A stretch of DNA of 64,000 bases, from the NCBI GenBank assembly GCA_000004985.1, contig GG738845.1. One strand, 5' to 3'. The notes beneath the pieces were generated by a model. The model worked only from the letters and a program-made list of their open reading frames with translations, made no database searches and had not been told where the DNA came from. Numbering within the stretch: the first letter of the stretch is position 1; the number at the start of each line of letters is the position of its first letter. Shown piece after piece: positions 20,447-32,336 of this stretch. This DNA is from Naegleria gruberi. Its lineage: Eukaryota. The position numbers were made by a program, and so were the translations under genes.

Positions 20447-21068
20447 ATGACTTTAAGCAAACACACAATCATTCCTCCAACAATCATTAACTTCTTTTCC
20501 GATGATAATCATGAGTCACAATTTGTTATTGAGTATTCTATTCATAAATGTCCTCTACTGTTAAAATCCGATATGAACAAAATATTTCCAAGTGCCAAAC
20601 AAATATTCGAGAAGCAACAACTCTACATAATACCAACCTTTCAACATGTATCATGCCCTCTGTTCGTTTTTGATGAGGAAAGTAGTAAACAAAAAGATGA
20701 CAGACTTCATAAGGTTTGTTTTATAATTATTTGAGAGTTATATCGTTTCGTAGTTTTATTCATTTTCTAATTGTTTGAAAGAGTATATTGACACTTTATC
20801 ACAAGGCTACTGGAGTGATTATACGGATCCAGTAACTGGTTATCCAATGTTATCAGAGAGAGGAGGAATGCTTTACAGTGATGTGGATGGTTGTGAAATG
20901 TTTTTAAAGAGCTACACCGTTGATTATTCAATTGCAGAGTGTAGACTCATTTCCCATCCACTTTGGAAAACTCAAGTATATCCTGCTACCTTTTTTACAA
21001 CATGCCCTCCAGAACTACTTGCCGATTTTTTCAACCATTATAAACTTGTGGACAGTAATATTATTTAA
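20447..21068 (+). CDS. MMADHC: MMADHC (cblD)-like cobalamin-trafficking protein, 2 exons
   Basis: Exons 20447..20713 and 20754..21068; 40-nt intron with GTTTGT 5' site, joining ORFs 20447..20734 and 20775..21068 in frame. The C-terminal half (GYWSDYTDPVTGYPMLSERGG...DVDGCEMF...CRLISHPLWKTQVYPATFFT) aligns with human MMADHC (GYWADFIDPSSGLAFFGPY...[25 protein letters not shown]). Confidence 0.6.
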
Positions 21069-21115
21069 ATTAAAATAAAAAATTAAATTATATTATTTTA
21101 AAATTAATAAAAAAA

Positions 21116-22801
21116 ATGAAAATCATCAAATCATCAACATCCTCCGTTTTGAATGCTTTTAACAGAGGAAGAACAGTATCACCTAAAGTTATTTTTCTTT
21201 CTGGAAATAAATTTACCATCAATAACAATAATTATCAAATAATTGCATTTAACAATGTTGGTGGAATGCTGAGAGCATTTTCTTCATTAAATTATTATAA
21301 TAATATTTCCCAAAGTTCTACAATTATTAATATCAATACTGGTATTGAACAAGACATTAGGAAAGCAAAAGACTTGCTCAAGGAGGGGTTTTCCGAGTTT
21401 GAAAATAGGCAATATTTAAAAAGCTATGAGCTTTTTATTAGGGCCTTTTTACTTTTTGACAAACATCAATTATTAACAAGAGAAATTAAGTTAAATGATG
21501 ATAATTTGACAGTTGACTCTTTATTAGCACTTTCAATTGGATTGAATAACTTTGCCGAAACTCTTAGATATATGGCAAAAAGTGGTATTGTGCCTCCAAC
21601 TTTGGCCAAATTGGGACTTAAAGCACCGTCAGTAACAACAGGAACTACAGCTCCTCTTGTTTATACCTCAAAAGATTCAATGAAATTTTATACACAGGCA
21701 GAACAATTATATGAACAGTATCAAAATTTTCTATTAAAGAACCAATCAAATAATAATAGAAAATTATTGGAATTGACACTTTGGAAAGGTACTTTATATA
21801 ACAATGTTGGACTTTATTTTATGGAAAATAGAAGAGATTTTTTCACTGCAACCAAATGGTTTGAAAAGAGTGCAACAGAAAGAGGAAAACTTGTGAAGGA
21901 ATTGGAGGAATTAGAAAATGACAAGGCCACCAAACACGAGGAAGTTGTAAATCAATATGGAGAATCTGAGGACCCATTGAATGCCAACGATCAAAGAATA
22001 CACTTTGCAATCACAAGAAACAATATTGCTCAATGCTATTCTAATTCTAAGCAAATTACTCTTGCCTTGGAAAGTTACAATTACGCTTTGAAGGTTTTTG
22101 AGGATATTAAGGCGAAATTGAAAGAGAAAGAAATCAAATGTATTACACCAGAGAGTAAGAATACTATTGCTAACAGACTTCACATAATTGTATTGAATAA
22201 TATGGGATTAATGTATCATGATCTTGGAAAGTATGAACAATCATTGACATACTTTTCTGAAGCATTTTTCATGTTCACAGGTGGACCAGTGAATGGAGAA
22301 AAACTTGGTGAAGAAGGGCTTATTGTTAATAATCAAATAGGAACTCAATATTTTGGAGAAGAGTTGGGTGTTACCTTGTCAAATATGGGTACAAGTTTAT
22401 TCATGTTAGGTAGATATAGAGAATGTGAACAATTTTACAGACAAGCTATGGGCTTATTTGATGTTATTTATGAAAATACTCCAAACCATAAGAATATTGC
22501 ACAAGTTAGTCTTCAATTAGCCCTTTGCTTGAAGCAAAAACATTCAGCAAAGGAGGGAGAAAAGCCAAACAAGGATTTACTGGCTGCTGCTACTTCATTA
22601 GCCCTCGCCAAACAGGACCCATCCTATTTTATCAAACTTGATTCGAATGCATCAGAAGAAATGATTGGAGATGAAAAGCAAGTTAGGCACTTGATAGAAA
22701 AGGCCAAGAAAATAACATCAACCTTTGCGGATGCAAATACAGAAGCAGTAGAGAATACCAAAAAGTCAATGTTTTCTAAAATGTTTGGAAAGAAAAAATA
22801 A
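21116..22801 (+). CDS. TPR-repeat protein (kinesin-light-chain-type TPR_10/12 repeats)
   Basis: 561-aa ORF. Repeats such as LYNNVGLYFMENRRDFFTATKWFEKSA, LNNMGLMYHDLGKYEQSLTYFSEA and LSNMGTSLFMLGRYRECEQFYRQAMGLFD. Confidence 0.55.
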   Translation: MKIIKSSTSSVLNAFNRGRTVSPKVIFLSGNKFTINNNNYQIIAFNNVGGMLRAFSSLNYYNNISQSSTIININTGIEQDIRKAKDLLKEGFSEFENRQYLKSYELFIRAFLLFDKHQLLTREIKLNDDNLTVDSLLALSIGLNNFAETLRYMAKSGIVPPTLAKLGLKAPSVTTGTTAPLVYTSKDSMKFYTQAEQLYEQYQNFLLKNQSNNNRKLLELTLWKGTLYNNVGLYFMENRRDFFTATKWFEKSATERGKLVKELEELENDKATKHEEVVNQYGESEDPLNANDQRIHFAITRNNIAQCYSNSKQITLALESYNYALKVFEDIKAKLKEKEIKCITPESKNTIANRLHIIVLNNMGLMYHDLGKYEQSLTYFSEAFFMFTGGPVNGEKLGEEGLIVNNQIGTQYFGEELGVTLSNMGTSLFMLGRYRECEQFYRQAMGLFDVIYENTPNHKNIAQVSLQLALCLKQKHSAKEGEKPNKDLLAAATSLALAKQDPSYFIKLDSNASEEMIGDEKQVRHLIEKAKKITSTFADANTEAVENTKKSMFSKMFGKKK

Positions 22802-22859
22802 TTCTTCATCTCATTTTGGAATACTTACAAACTTGTAACGTTGTTTACAATAAAAACAA

Positions 22860-23213
22860 ATGAAACAAAACCTCTCTGCAGAACCCTCTACCGAACATAT
22901 TTTCCCAGTCTTTATTAACGCCCAACTTTTTAAACCTCTCTCAATTCAAAAACCAAAACGTTTACTCAAACGCTCTCCATCAATAATCACAACTGTCGAT
23001 GTGCAACATTTAGGAAGAGCCTTCTCTGCTCAATTAGTACTCCAGTTTAGAGGTGAGATTGACAATGATCTCATCTATAAGAATTTGATAAGAAAGGCTT
23101 TGAGACCTCTTAATCCGGAAGACTACAATCTAAATGTTCAACAATCAATTAGGGCATCTAGAGAACTTATTTCCAAGTTAAATGAAAATGTTACCACAAT
23201 GTTCTTTATTTAA
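22860..23213 (+). CDS. Hypothetical small basic protein (117 aa)
   Basis: ORF with ATG at 22860; no recognisable domain. Its stop overlaps the stop of the convergent gene 23210..24892. Confidence 0.3.
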   Translation: MKQNLSAEPSTEHIFPVFINAQLFKPLSIQKPKRLLKRSPSIITTVDVQHLGRAFSAQLVLQFRGEIDNDLIYKNLIRKALRPLNPEDYNLNVQQSIRASRELISKLNENVTTMFFI

Positions 23214-24892
23214 TAATTTGTTGATATTGGAGCTGCTAGAGCTGAGTTGATTGGATATGTATTTTTCGAACACTTGAATGTAGATCCTTTTTTGATCATG
23301 TAGTATGCTTTCTTTTGCTTTACCAGATCAACTCTTAAATCTTGTACCGCTTGATAGGACATGTGTGAATAGTCTCTAAAAAAGAAAATAGACCTCAAAA
23401 GTAAAACAGCACCAATAACAATTGAAGCAAAACGTAATTGATTTCTAATATTCCTGTAAATATTCTCATTCCAGATTAGTGAGTGTAATACTTTTTCTAT
23501 GATATAATTCACAGTAATTAACAAAAGGAGGTAAACTCTCGCCTTGCTAGTGCATTTTGTGCTTGTCAATAAGAATGACATAATTACTGAAAAGAAGTAA
23601 AAGAGAAACGATTTAAAGTCCATAAACTCTCCAATCAAAGTTGTGTAATTATGTGATATTCCAATAATCCCATCCAGAATTTCCCTTACATGTTCATGTT
23701 GCGCATTAATATTTTGAACGGTCTCTTGTGAGTTACTCAAAATTTCAACCAATGTTTTTTGTGCAGTTTTGAATAGATTGACCTGTTCACTTTTCAACTT
23801 ATCAATAAATATCTCATATTCTTTTTGTTTCTCCATTAAAATTTCTTGGTTTTTCATTGAAATTTCAATGTTGGATCCTATCTCGGTTGTATATTTTTCA
23901 ATAATGCCCAGCTTACTAGACGTTATTTGAGCTATACTATTCTGAAGATTTTGTAACAATTGTTGTCCTTTCAATAGCTTTTTTTGATTTTTCATAGATC
24001 TAACAGTGTTGTCACTAATAATACTTTGTTTTTCTTGGAATGAATTTAAAATGTTGAGAGTATGTTCTTGGTCTTTCCTTATTTTTGTTGAATGGGAGAT
24101 AGATTGTTCTAAAGATGTCACTAATTGCTGATTGGATTTGTCAATATGATTGAAACCATTTAAAACTTCTTGTCTCATCATTGATTGTTCATCTGAAATG
24201 AGTTTGGATTCTTCATATAAGGATTTCGACATTGAATGAATATGAGAAAATTCTTTTTTCAAGCTCTCATAAAACTCCAGCTCTAATTTTTTCATTAGCG
24301 AAAGTGCCTTGTCAAACTTGTTCTGCTCTTGCAAAATTCGGGTTTGAATTTCTTCTGAAAAGGAGAGAGTTTCCTTAATATTCATCGATTGCTCCTTTAG
24401 ATTTTCAATTTCACGGAGGGAGTTCTCTGTTTCATTTACCAATTGCTCCACTAGTCTCTCTGATTCTTCTTGAAAGGACTCTGATTTGATGTAGAAACAA
24501 ATTTGATCCACATGAGTGCTGAATTCAGTGTAAGCATTAAAAGCTATTGGAGATGATATCATGTCTTTTGTACACTCTTCTACAGTCATCATTTCAGTAC
24601 ACTCAAAGGTTTTCAGTCCAGATTTTGCTAAATGGCAGTTGGTTAATTGAATTGCAAGTTTACTTCTAATCTCTTCTCTTGTTTTAATTTCTTTGCATGA
24701 ACGAGTCATGGAATCAACAGCAACCTTCCAACAGTTCGACCAATCTGATTTAGCTTGATATTTTACTAACAAGGTTTTACCTTTGTCTTGTTGATCATGG
24801 AAATCTTGAATGTTGAAAATTGACCAACAGAAAACATCACTATTCAAACCAATAATGCAGATGGCTATTAGGGCTACTAATTGTTTGTTCAT
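23210..24892 (-). CDS. Secreted/membrane coiled-coil protein with N-terminal Cys-rich domain and C-terminal TM helices; KAR5/GEX1/Brambleberry-like architecture
   Basis: ORF 23210..24922; first ATG at 24892 (MNKQLVALIAICIIGLNSDVFC, a signal peptide). About 130-aa domain with 8 Cys (CWK..SCKEIKTREEIRSKLAIQLTNCHLAKSG..FECTEMMTVEECT..ICF). Long heptad-repeat region. Two C-terminal hydrophobic helices (FLFYFFSVIMSFLLTS..., FASIVIGAVLLLRSIFFF). The call rests on architecture only. Confidence 0.45.
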   Translation of the reverse strand: MNKQLVALIAICIIGLNSDVFCWSIFNIQDFHDQQDKGKTLLVKYQAKSDWSNCWKVAVDSMTRSCKEIKTREEIRSKLAIQLTNCHLAKSGLKTFECTEMMTVEECTKDMISSPIAFNAYTEFSTHVDQICFYIKSESFQEESERLVEQLVNETENSLREIENLKEQSMNIKETLSFSEEIQTRILQEQNKFDKALSLMKKLELEFYESLKKEFSHIHSMSKSLYEESKLISDEQSMMRQEVLNGFNHIDKSNQQLVTSLEQSISHSTKIRKDQEHTLNILNSFQEKQSIISDNTVRSMKNQKKLLKGQQLLQNLQNSIAQITSSKLGIIEKYTTEIGSNIEISMKNQEILMEKQKEYEIFIDKLKSEQVNLFKTAQKTLVEILSNSQETVQNINAQHEHVREILDGIIGISHNYTTLIGEFMDFKSFLFYFFSVIMSFLLTSTKCTSKARVYLLLLITVNYIIEKVLHSLIWNENIYRNIRNQLRFASIVIGAVLLLRSIFFFRDYSHMSYQAVQDLRVDLVKQKKAYYMIKKGSTFKCSKNTYPINSALAAPISTNY

Positions 24893-25089
24893 TTTTTTAA
24901 TGTTAATTGTAAAAAAGAACAAACTTACATCAATTAAACATTAATCTCCAACGAGTGGCAAATCTTTTTAAACACTTCTAAAGTTTGGTTGTTACACGAT
25001 GGATGGGAAAATGTATTTTTCAACAGTTCTAATGTTGGTCCTCTCTTTAGTACTCTTTTAGCCTTGAAAAAGTTAATTATGACTTCAAT

Positions 25090-28000
25090 CTAACAACTTA
25101 CATCAACATAAAGTGAAAGGTAGGTCCACATTAAGTTGGCGGAATAATACATGATGGATGTATTACCTTTGAGAAGTGTTGCTATTTTTAGAACTAAAAC
25201 ACACAATTCTTCCACTCTTAATATTAAGGTGCTCATACTTCTACAAAATAGTAGATTTCTGAATATTATAACGAGATATTCTTTCACTGCTTCGTTTGGG
25301 CTTTTTTCGAATTGTTCAAATAAATGGTCAATAGTATCAGATTGTAAGAAAGATTCATGGCAATCTTCAAAGAATGACAAATGAGACAACAGCTTTAAAC
25401 AGTATTCCATTCTTGTGTCATCTTTCTTCTTGATAAATATTTCTTTAAGACCATTGATGATTTTATCAACTAGTCCATACTTTAACATGGAATATCTAAC
25501 CTCTCCTGTACTAATCAGAGAACTTAATAACATGAAATAGGCATGACTATTAGTGAGCTTGCTTTTGGCTGATAATGATCCGCTAACAATATCAAGTAGA
25601 AGAGAATTGTTTTTGTTCTTGTTAATATCTTTTGCAAACTCAAGTTTGCTTCTCTCACAATTAGTGACCATATTTAGATAAACGTAAAGCAATGATAACC
25701 TTATTTCTGAGTCTGTAAAATCAGAGAACCAAATATATTTTAGATCTTGAAATAGGTTAAAGTCATTAGATACCTTCTTGGCATGGTTAGATAGAAATAA
25801 GTGTTGGAAAATGGAAAGGTTGAGGACAAGTTGATGTTTTAGCTTATCAATACTGTTACACTTTTCTGACCTGGAGGTGTGCATAAAATCGATAGAAAGG
25901 GAAGAAACAATCTTTCTGTTGAATGTACAATTACTCTCAATTATAGACTCTTGAACCTTTTCTTTTGTGGTTGTGTAAATGTTCAGAATCCAAGATAGAG
26001 ATTTACCAAGTATAAAACATTCCTCACAATCGATATTTGCAAAAAAGTTATCTTGACTTGAATAGTACAATCGTTGAATCTCGTCCACTATTTGCATCAC
26101 ATATTCATTTTCTCCTAGTTCAGAATTATATGGAAAACATTTTCTTCCAATTAGGGTTGTTACATATTTTGAAACTGTTATATTCACATTAATAGAGAGT
26201 GATGACTGGAGGGTAGCAGAAATAATTTTTAGAGTATTTTCCCTAGTTTTCAAATATTCTAGAGATAGATCATCATTTTTGGCAAATGCAACTAGATTAT
26301 TCATAATACAAAACGCTAATTCTATCAATTTGTCAGTTTTCTTAACTGTTAGTAATGTTCCAACAATCTTTTGTATATTATCCACCAATGTAGTGTCTCT
26401 GATCAGGTATGAAGCAATATCATTATTGTTTTGTATGATTTTCTTAACAACTTTCAATAAATTTTCTAAGGAATTATAAGAGATTGTTCCTAAATAGGCT
26501 ACATCCTCTAATTTTTGCAATATATAATTTAAAGAACTGTTTTCAAAGAGAACCTTACTCTGTGAAGATGGATCCCTCAGTAATAATTGATATATAAGAG
26601 CAGTTACAGATTCTAAATTTCTATCTCCTAGATTGAATAATTGTGGGAATGGAATACATTCCAAAAATCTATTCAAAGGCTCTGAGCTTAGAGAAATGTA
26701 TTTACATATTATCCAAATGCATTGATCCTTAACTATGTCAGTATCTGCGCTGGAAAGTTTGCTCACTATTAATTCTACCAGCTTTGGGTTTGATTTCTCT
26801 AACAGTCCAAAAGTTTCTTTGGTGTGCAATCCGTTCGAAATTATGCTGAAAATGCTCTCTCGTACATTAAAATTTTTCGAAAATATTAAAGAAAGAAATA
26901 TTTCGTGTTCTTTAACAATATCTATCCACGATATTTCGTATTTTCTTAATAATCCTGAAAGGGACTCTAACGACTTCAAACAAATGTGTTCGCAATGTGA
27001 CCCAAAACAAACTCCAGCTTCAAACGCTTCTCTTTCTTGTAAGAGTACTTGCAAAATATCTTCAAAAGTGGATTTCAATATCTCTAAACTATCAATAGAG
27101 AATATTTTACCACTCATTCCAATCCTACAAATACATCTTAACGAGTCTACTCTTAGATCATAGGGAATCTTCTTTTTGATAAAATTTCTTAGGGAAATAA
27201 GTAGCAACTCATCATTCAGTAATAATTTCAACTCATCTACACACTCTTCTTCCTGTAGGGATTGTGTGCAAAAATCTAAAAATTTCAGCATACAAGCCCT
27301 TAAGCTTGTACGATCATGAACCAGGTGATCTGTTTGGCTTGGTTGTAAAATAGTAATAAAGTTTTTGCAAAAACAATAAGAGAGTTCAGAAATCAAATCC
27401 CTCTCAAATCTCTTTTTTTTCGCTATTGTAGAGAAAAAACCTATTAAATTTTCCAAAACAAGATCATCTGCTTTGCTGGTAGGCGCTTTTTGTAAGAACT
27501 TGAAGATTACTCTTCTCCAGTCACTTTCACAAAAGATATCGAAACAATGTTCATCCATCATTAGAAAGTCCTGAAGAATTTGAAGATTTGTTAGGAATTC
27601 TCCATGACTTCTAGATTGTGAAAGCTTTAAAAGTGAGTTCTTAATAAAAATTTTTGGATGGATTTCATAAAGAACTTCAAATTGTTGGTCTTCTGAATTT
27701 TCGGTGAATGATTTGTTAAATTTGAAAAAATTCACTAATTCTGTTGAGTAGACTTTCGTATCACTTTCACATTCAATTTTGTAAAATGAGGAGTGTGGAA
27801 ATGTGTAAAATGATTCTGATATATTTTTTAGAATTGGATTTGCTTTCTCATTTGTTTCAAACACCATCTGTGTTTTGAATCCATTACTATTCCTTACATA
27901 TCTGTCCTTAGAAAACACTATTCTACTTAGAAACATAAAAGAGAGCTTTCTAACTACTAAATCAACATGGAAAAGTACTAAGGGAACTAAGAAAATAGAA

Positions 28001-30362
28001 TATGACCAATTAACTTACATTTGTATAGGGAGGAAAGTTTGGATTCTTCCATTGCAAATTCTTTGTTATCAAAAATAAGAATTAATAACACAAGCAACTC
28101 CTTAGAAATATTTTCTAATGTTCTGTTTAAGACTATTTCTGCTACCTCCTTAGATAAAATTTTGCTGTTGAGTGGTTGAATTCTCAACAGAGTACATAAT
28201 TGATTAGCAACTGATTTCAAAATAAGAGAGTCCTCTGTGTCTCTCATTAGTGATACTAGTGATTCAATATCAATATCAAAACTATCATTTGGGATGGGTG
28301 AATCAAAAAATCTATCCACATCCTCTAAATAGCAACTTAAAAAGGGATCACCTTCTTTGAGTTCGATATAATTTTCTGTTTTCAAATCTAAAATAAATAG
28401 AGATTTGAGGTTAACACTTGCTGTCTCTCTAATCCACTTATATTTGTGGAATAAAAATCTCGTGTGATAAGCCAATAGTTCTTCCTTTGTCATTAGTCTT
28501 TCAAATAATTGAAGAGTAGAAGTAACTTCATCTAAACTATCTTTAGCTGAGAGAATATTTTCAGAGTATTTGATAGTGCATTGTAATAAGGGAAGGTTTG
28601 GTAAAAATCCTCTTATTGAACAAGGACTGTTTTGAACGATATCCAAAGTAGTCTTTACCGATTCTTCCAATTCTATGGAGTGAAGAGATATTAGGTAGAA
28701 TATATCTTCAGAAGCAAGCTTTTCAAGAAACACATGTTGATCTTCTGCAATGAATTTAATTGCATAGCTTCTAATATCCTTATTATTACAAGAAAGCAAG
28801 TCCAACAACAACTCTCTACAAGAATCTTCTAAAAACTCGGATGTTATAAATAATTCTTGCATGTATCTTTCTAAAATTCGCGCATCGAATGTATGTGGTA
28901 GTATTAGAAATATGTTACGAAGCCTGCTTAGATGTGCTTCTGCATCAGGTAGTACATCACAATCTTCGTCCATCAATTGTTCCAACAGCTTGAAAGATTT
29001 TTCAATCTCTGGGAGTGTATTGAAATTGTTGCACGCCTTATTCTCAAAACGTTGAACTTGATTCAAAACTTGTTTGTGTATTTGAGGAAAACACAAATAT
29101 AAATTATTGTCAAATAAAAAATTCTCCAAAATAGGGCTAAGTTTTTCAATACAGTCCATTAACTGAAATTAGTTAATAAATAAGGATAAATATATTAGGA
29201 TACTTACGATGGTAGAGCTTGATCTGTTCAAAATTGTTGTTAGTAGATCGACAATTTTATAAGTATCCAAAATATCTAGTTTCTCGTGCAATAAATTTCC
29301 AATATCCTCATAAATATTTATCAAACTTTCCATTAATGTGAGCTTGTCTAATGAACAAATTTGTTCTAAGAAACAATTCAAAATCAATTTAAGGATATCA
29401 ACAAGTCTTCCCAGCAATGAAGGTTTAAGTTTGAAAATATATATAAATTTAGAATAACAATATTTGAAAATATATAGCATTGAATCAGTGTCAACAAATG
29501 TATAGCTCTCTAGAGAATTATTAAGAATTTTCAAAGACGCTTTGTCAAATAAAACACTCAAACATTCTAAAACTTGTAAATCTATTGCCATTCCAAAATC
29601 ACTCTGAATCGATGACACCAAGGACTACATAATTTAAGTCAATTAATTGATCTCAAACTTACCCTAATAATTTCTGGGCTTTGAACAAAGTATTCGATTG
29701 GAAACTCCAATAAGGGTGATTTTTTGAGATCTGAAAGAGCCTCTTGTATCAAGTCCACTCTCCTTTGTTGAAGTTTTACGTTGATTTCAAATAAATATTG
29801 TTTGTCCAATTCTGCCAAATCAGCTTTTTTAATAGCCTTCCTAGTATTTTTTGGTTCTTTCTGTGGCATGTTTTCTCTTGTAGAATATATCTGAAATCGA
29901 GAAGTATGTAAATCAGTAGATGATTGATTTAAAATAGATTGCTCTTGGTAAATAGTGACAATATTTTCCTTCTCATTTCTTACTTGTTTTAATACTTCCA
30001 CTATTGAATCAACATCGGAATGAATATCTTCAGGAGCATACAATCTCAAAGTTTGAAAAAATCCTATAGCTCCAATCTCTATCAAAATCAAAGCACTTGT
30101 TTTACTCTGTTCTGAGTTAGTGTTTTTGGATATTGTTACAAACCTTAGCAAATTCTCGCACAAGTTGTATTACTTGCCGATAATAAAAACAAGGATTATT
30201 GTTGAACCATTTCAACAAGGCTACTAATAGCTGCTCATCATCCTCGGAAGACTGCACATTAACAACTCCATATTTGAATTTATTTAATAAATTTGCCATT
30301 GCTCTCTTCTTAATTTCAATGTTGGGATTATCCAACTTTTCCAGCAATCCCGAACAAGTCAT
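25090..30362 (-). CDS. Very large (~1710 aa) alpha-helical ARM/HEAT-like repeat protein, 5 exons, function unknown
   Basis: Minus-strand exons 30362..30144, 30106..29663, 29624..29208, 29162..28019, 27977..25090. Introns are 37 nt (GTTTGT...cactaactcagaacAG), 38, 45 and 41 nt (GTAAGT sites). This joins five track ORFs (30117..30362, 29639..30163, 29169..29621, 27987..29159, 25090..27936) into one frame. Leucine-rich helical composition throughout. Confidence 0.55.
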
Positions 30363-30399
30363 TTTTTTTTGTATTCTGGATTGTTTCTTTTATTAGAAC

Positions 30400-32336
30400 T
30401 TAGTTAGTGAATAGGCAAAGAATTCCATCATCACCTCCACTTACAAGGTACTTTCCATCAGGATCAAATTTTACTACTTGCACTCCTTCCTTGCTTCCCT
30501 TCAAATCTCCAAGAGTAAAGTTTGATTTAGAGCTTTCTTCTTGGTCTTTTACTCCATCTGGTGCAAACAATCTTACAGAACTATCTGATGAGGCAACCGC
30601 CAGCACTTTTCCGCTCTGATCAAACGTACACTTGTTTGCAGATACAGGTACATCACTTATGTTGAATTGATTTCTTATTTTTTGGGTTCTCATATCCCAC
30701 AACAAGACCAGACCATCACAATCAGTTGAGGCGATAGTATCTCCTTGGAGATTAATTGTAACACTATTACAACTATTCTTATGCCCATAATAAGTCTGAA
30801 CACAAATACTCTTACTGTCAACCCTCATATCCCAAAGAGAAAGTGTCTTATCTGCTGAAGCTGAGAGCAATAGATTTGTAAAAGGAACACAAACCACACT
30901 ATTTACACTGTCCTTATGTCCTCTAAAAGTTGTGACGCACTTCTCAGATCTAATATCAAACAACTTTGCTGTTTGATCCATTGAGCAACTCACTAAAAAA
31001 TCTCCTGAATGGTGGAACTGACATTCCCAAACAGGAAGTGTATGGTCCTCAAAAGTTGAAGAGCAACTGGCAGTAGTAAAATCCCACAACTTGACTGTAC
31101 AATCACCTCCAGAAGTTGCCAAATGAGTCCCAAAAGGATGAAAATCTATTCCACTCACCCAATCAGTATGACCCTCACCGCTCATTATCACTTTAGAGGT
31201 TGGTAATGACCAAGCTTTCCAGGTTCCATCATCTGAAGCTGAGGCCACTATTGGTTTTTTGGAGTGAACAGCTAAACCAGTTATTGCCATAGAATGACTT
31301 TCATAATTTTGAGTAAGAGTGAAGGTTTCAGCCATTACTCTTGAAAGCTTCTTTTCCTTATAAGGATTCTTTTTTTCAAGAGGAAGAGTTGAATCCTTTT
31401 TCTTTACAGATTTCTTTTGAGTGTTGGTAATTGATGATTTCATTTTCTTTTTTTCTATTTCTTGAGTATTTACACTAGAGATTGGCTCGGTTTGCTTAAA
31501 ATTGTCGAGCTCATTCAATCTATTAAGTAGCCTATCCCTTTCCAAACAAACGAGTGTCTTTTCTTTAAAAACCTTGTCATATTTAAGAGTAAGTTCAGCA
31601 ATAAAAGGTTCGTACTTGGCGCAGTGATTTCTCATTCTTTCTAATTCTTTCCTTAATTGATCCTTTGTTTGGACAGTTTGCATATGGTTCATTTTGTGGT
31701 GATCTTTCACCCTTTTGAGCTTTTCAAACTTTTGTACAATATTTCTATTTCTTTCAAACAATCATATAATAAATGATAAACTTACTCTGAGAGCTGTTTT
31801 TGTTGTTCCATTTGCTTTTTACAATAACTAAGCTCTTCTTCCACTCTCTGAAGTTGGATGTAAACATCAGGGACTGAATCAGCAAAATCCTCAATTTCTC
31901 CTTTTTGTTTTTTTTCATATAATTCATCATTGAACATTCGTAAACTGTCCTCCAAACCCCTTTTTGAAAGAAAATTTCTAATAAAATCTTCTACAACTTC
32001 TGGTTCTTTTTTCAATTCTGGAAGAGGTGCTTGCTTTCTTTTCAATTCTGGAACCTTTTCGTCTTCTTGTTTCTTTTTTTTCTTTTCCAACAATCTAAGA
32101 GTACCTTCAAGAGTGTTATCATCATCCTCATCCTCATCCACCATTAATGTATTCTCGCTATCAAGTGATCCTCTTGGAGATATATCCAGCACTCTTGATT
32201 TCTGTTTTTTGGATTGAAATATTTCCTCCTCTTCCTCCTTGAGTTCTCTGAAATACTCTTCATCCTCACTATCCATTAAAGCCGAGTAAAGCTCACTCCT
32301 AGTTAATTTAGCCTCCGTTGTAGCATTTGCCTTCAT
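30400..32336 (-). CDS. LisH motif + coiled-coil + 7x WD40 protein (2 exons)
   Basis: Exons 32336..31786 and 31750..30400, joined by a 35-nt intron (GTAAGTttatcatttattatatgattgtttgaaAG). Exon 1 is acidic with a LisH-like VEDFIRNFLSKRGLEDSLRMFNDE. Exon 2 has a coiled coil then WD40 repeats (ITGLAVHSKKPIVASASDDGTWKAWSL, GHTDWVSGIDFHPFGTHLATSGGDCTVKLWD, etc.). Confidence 0.6.
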
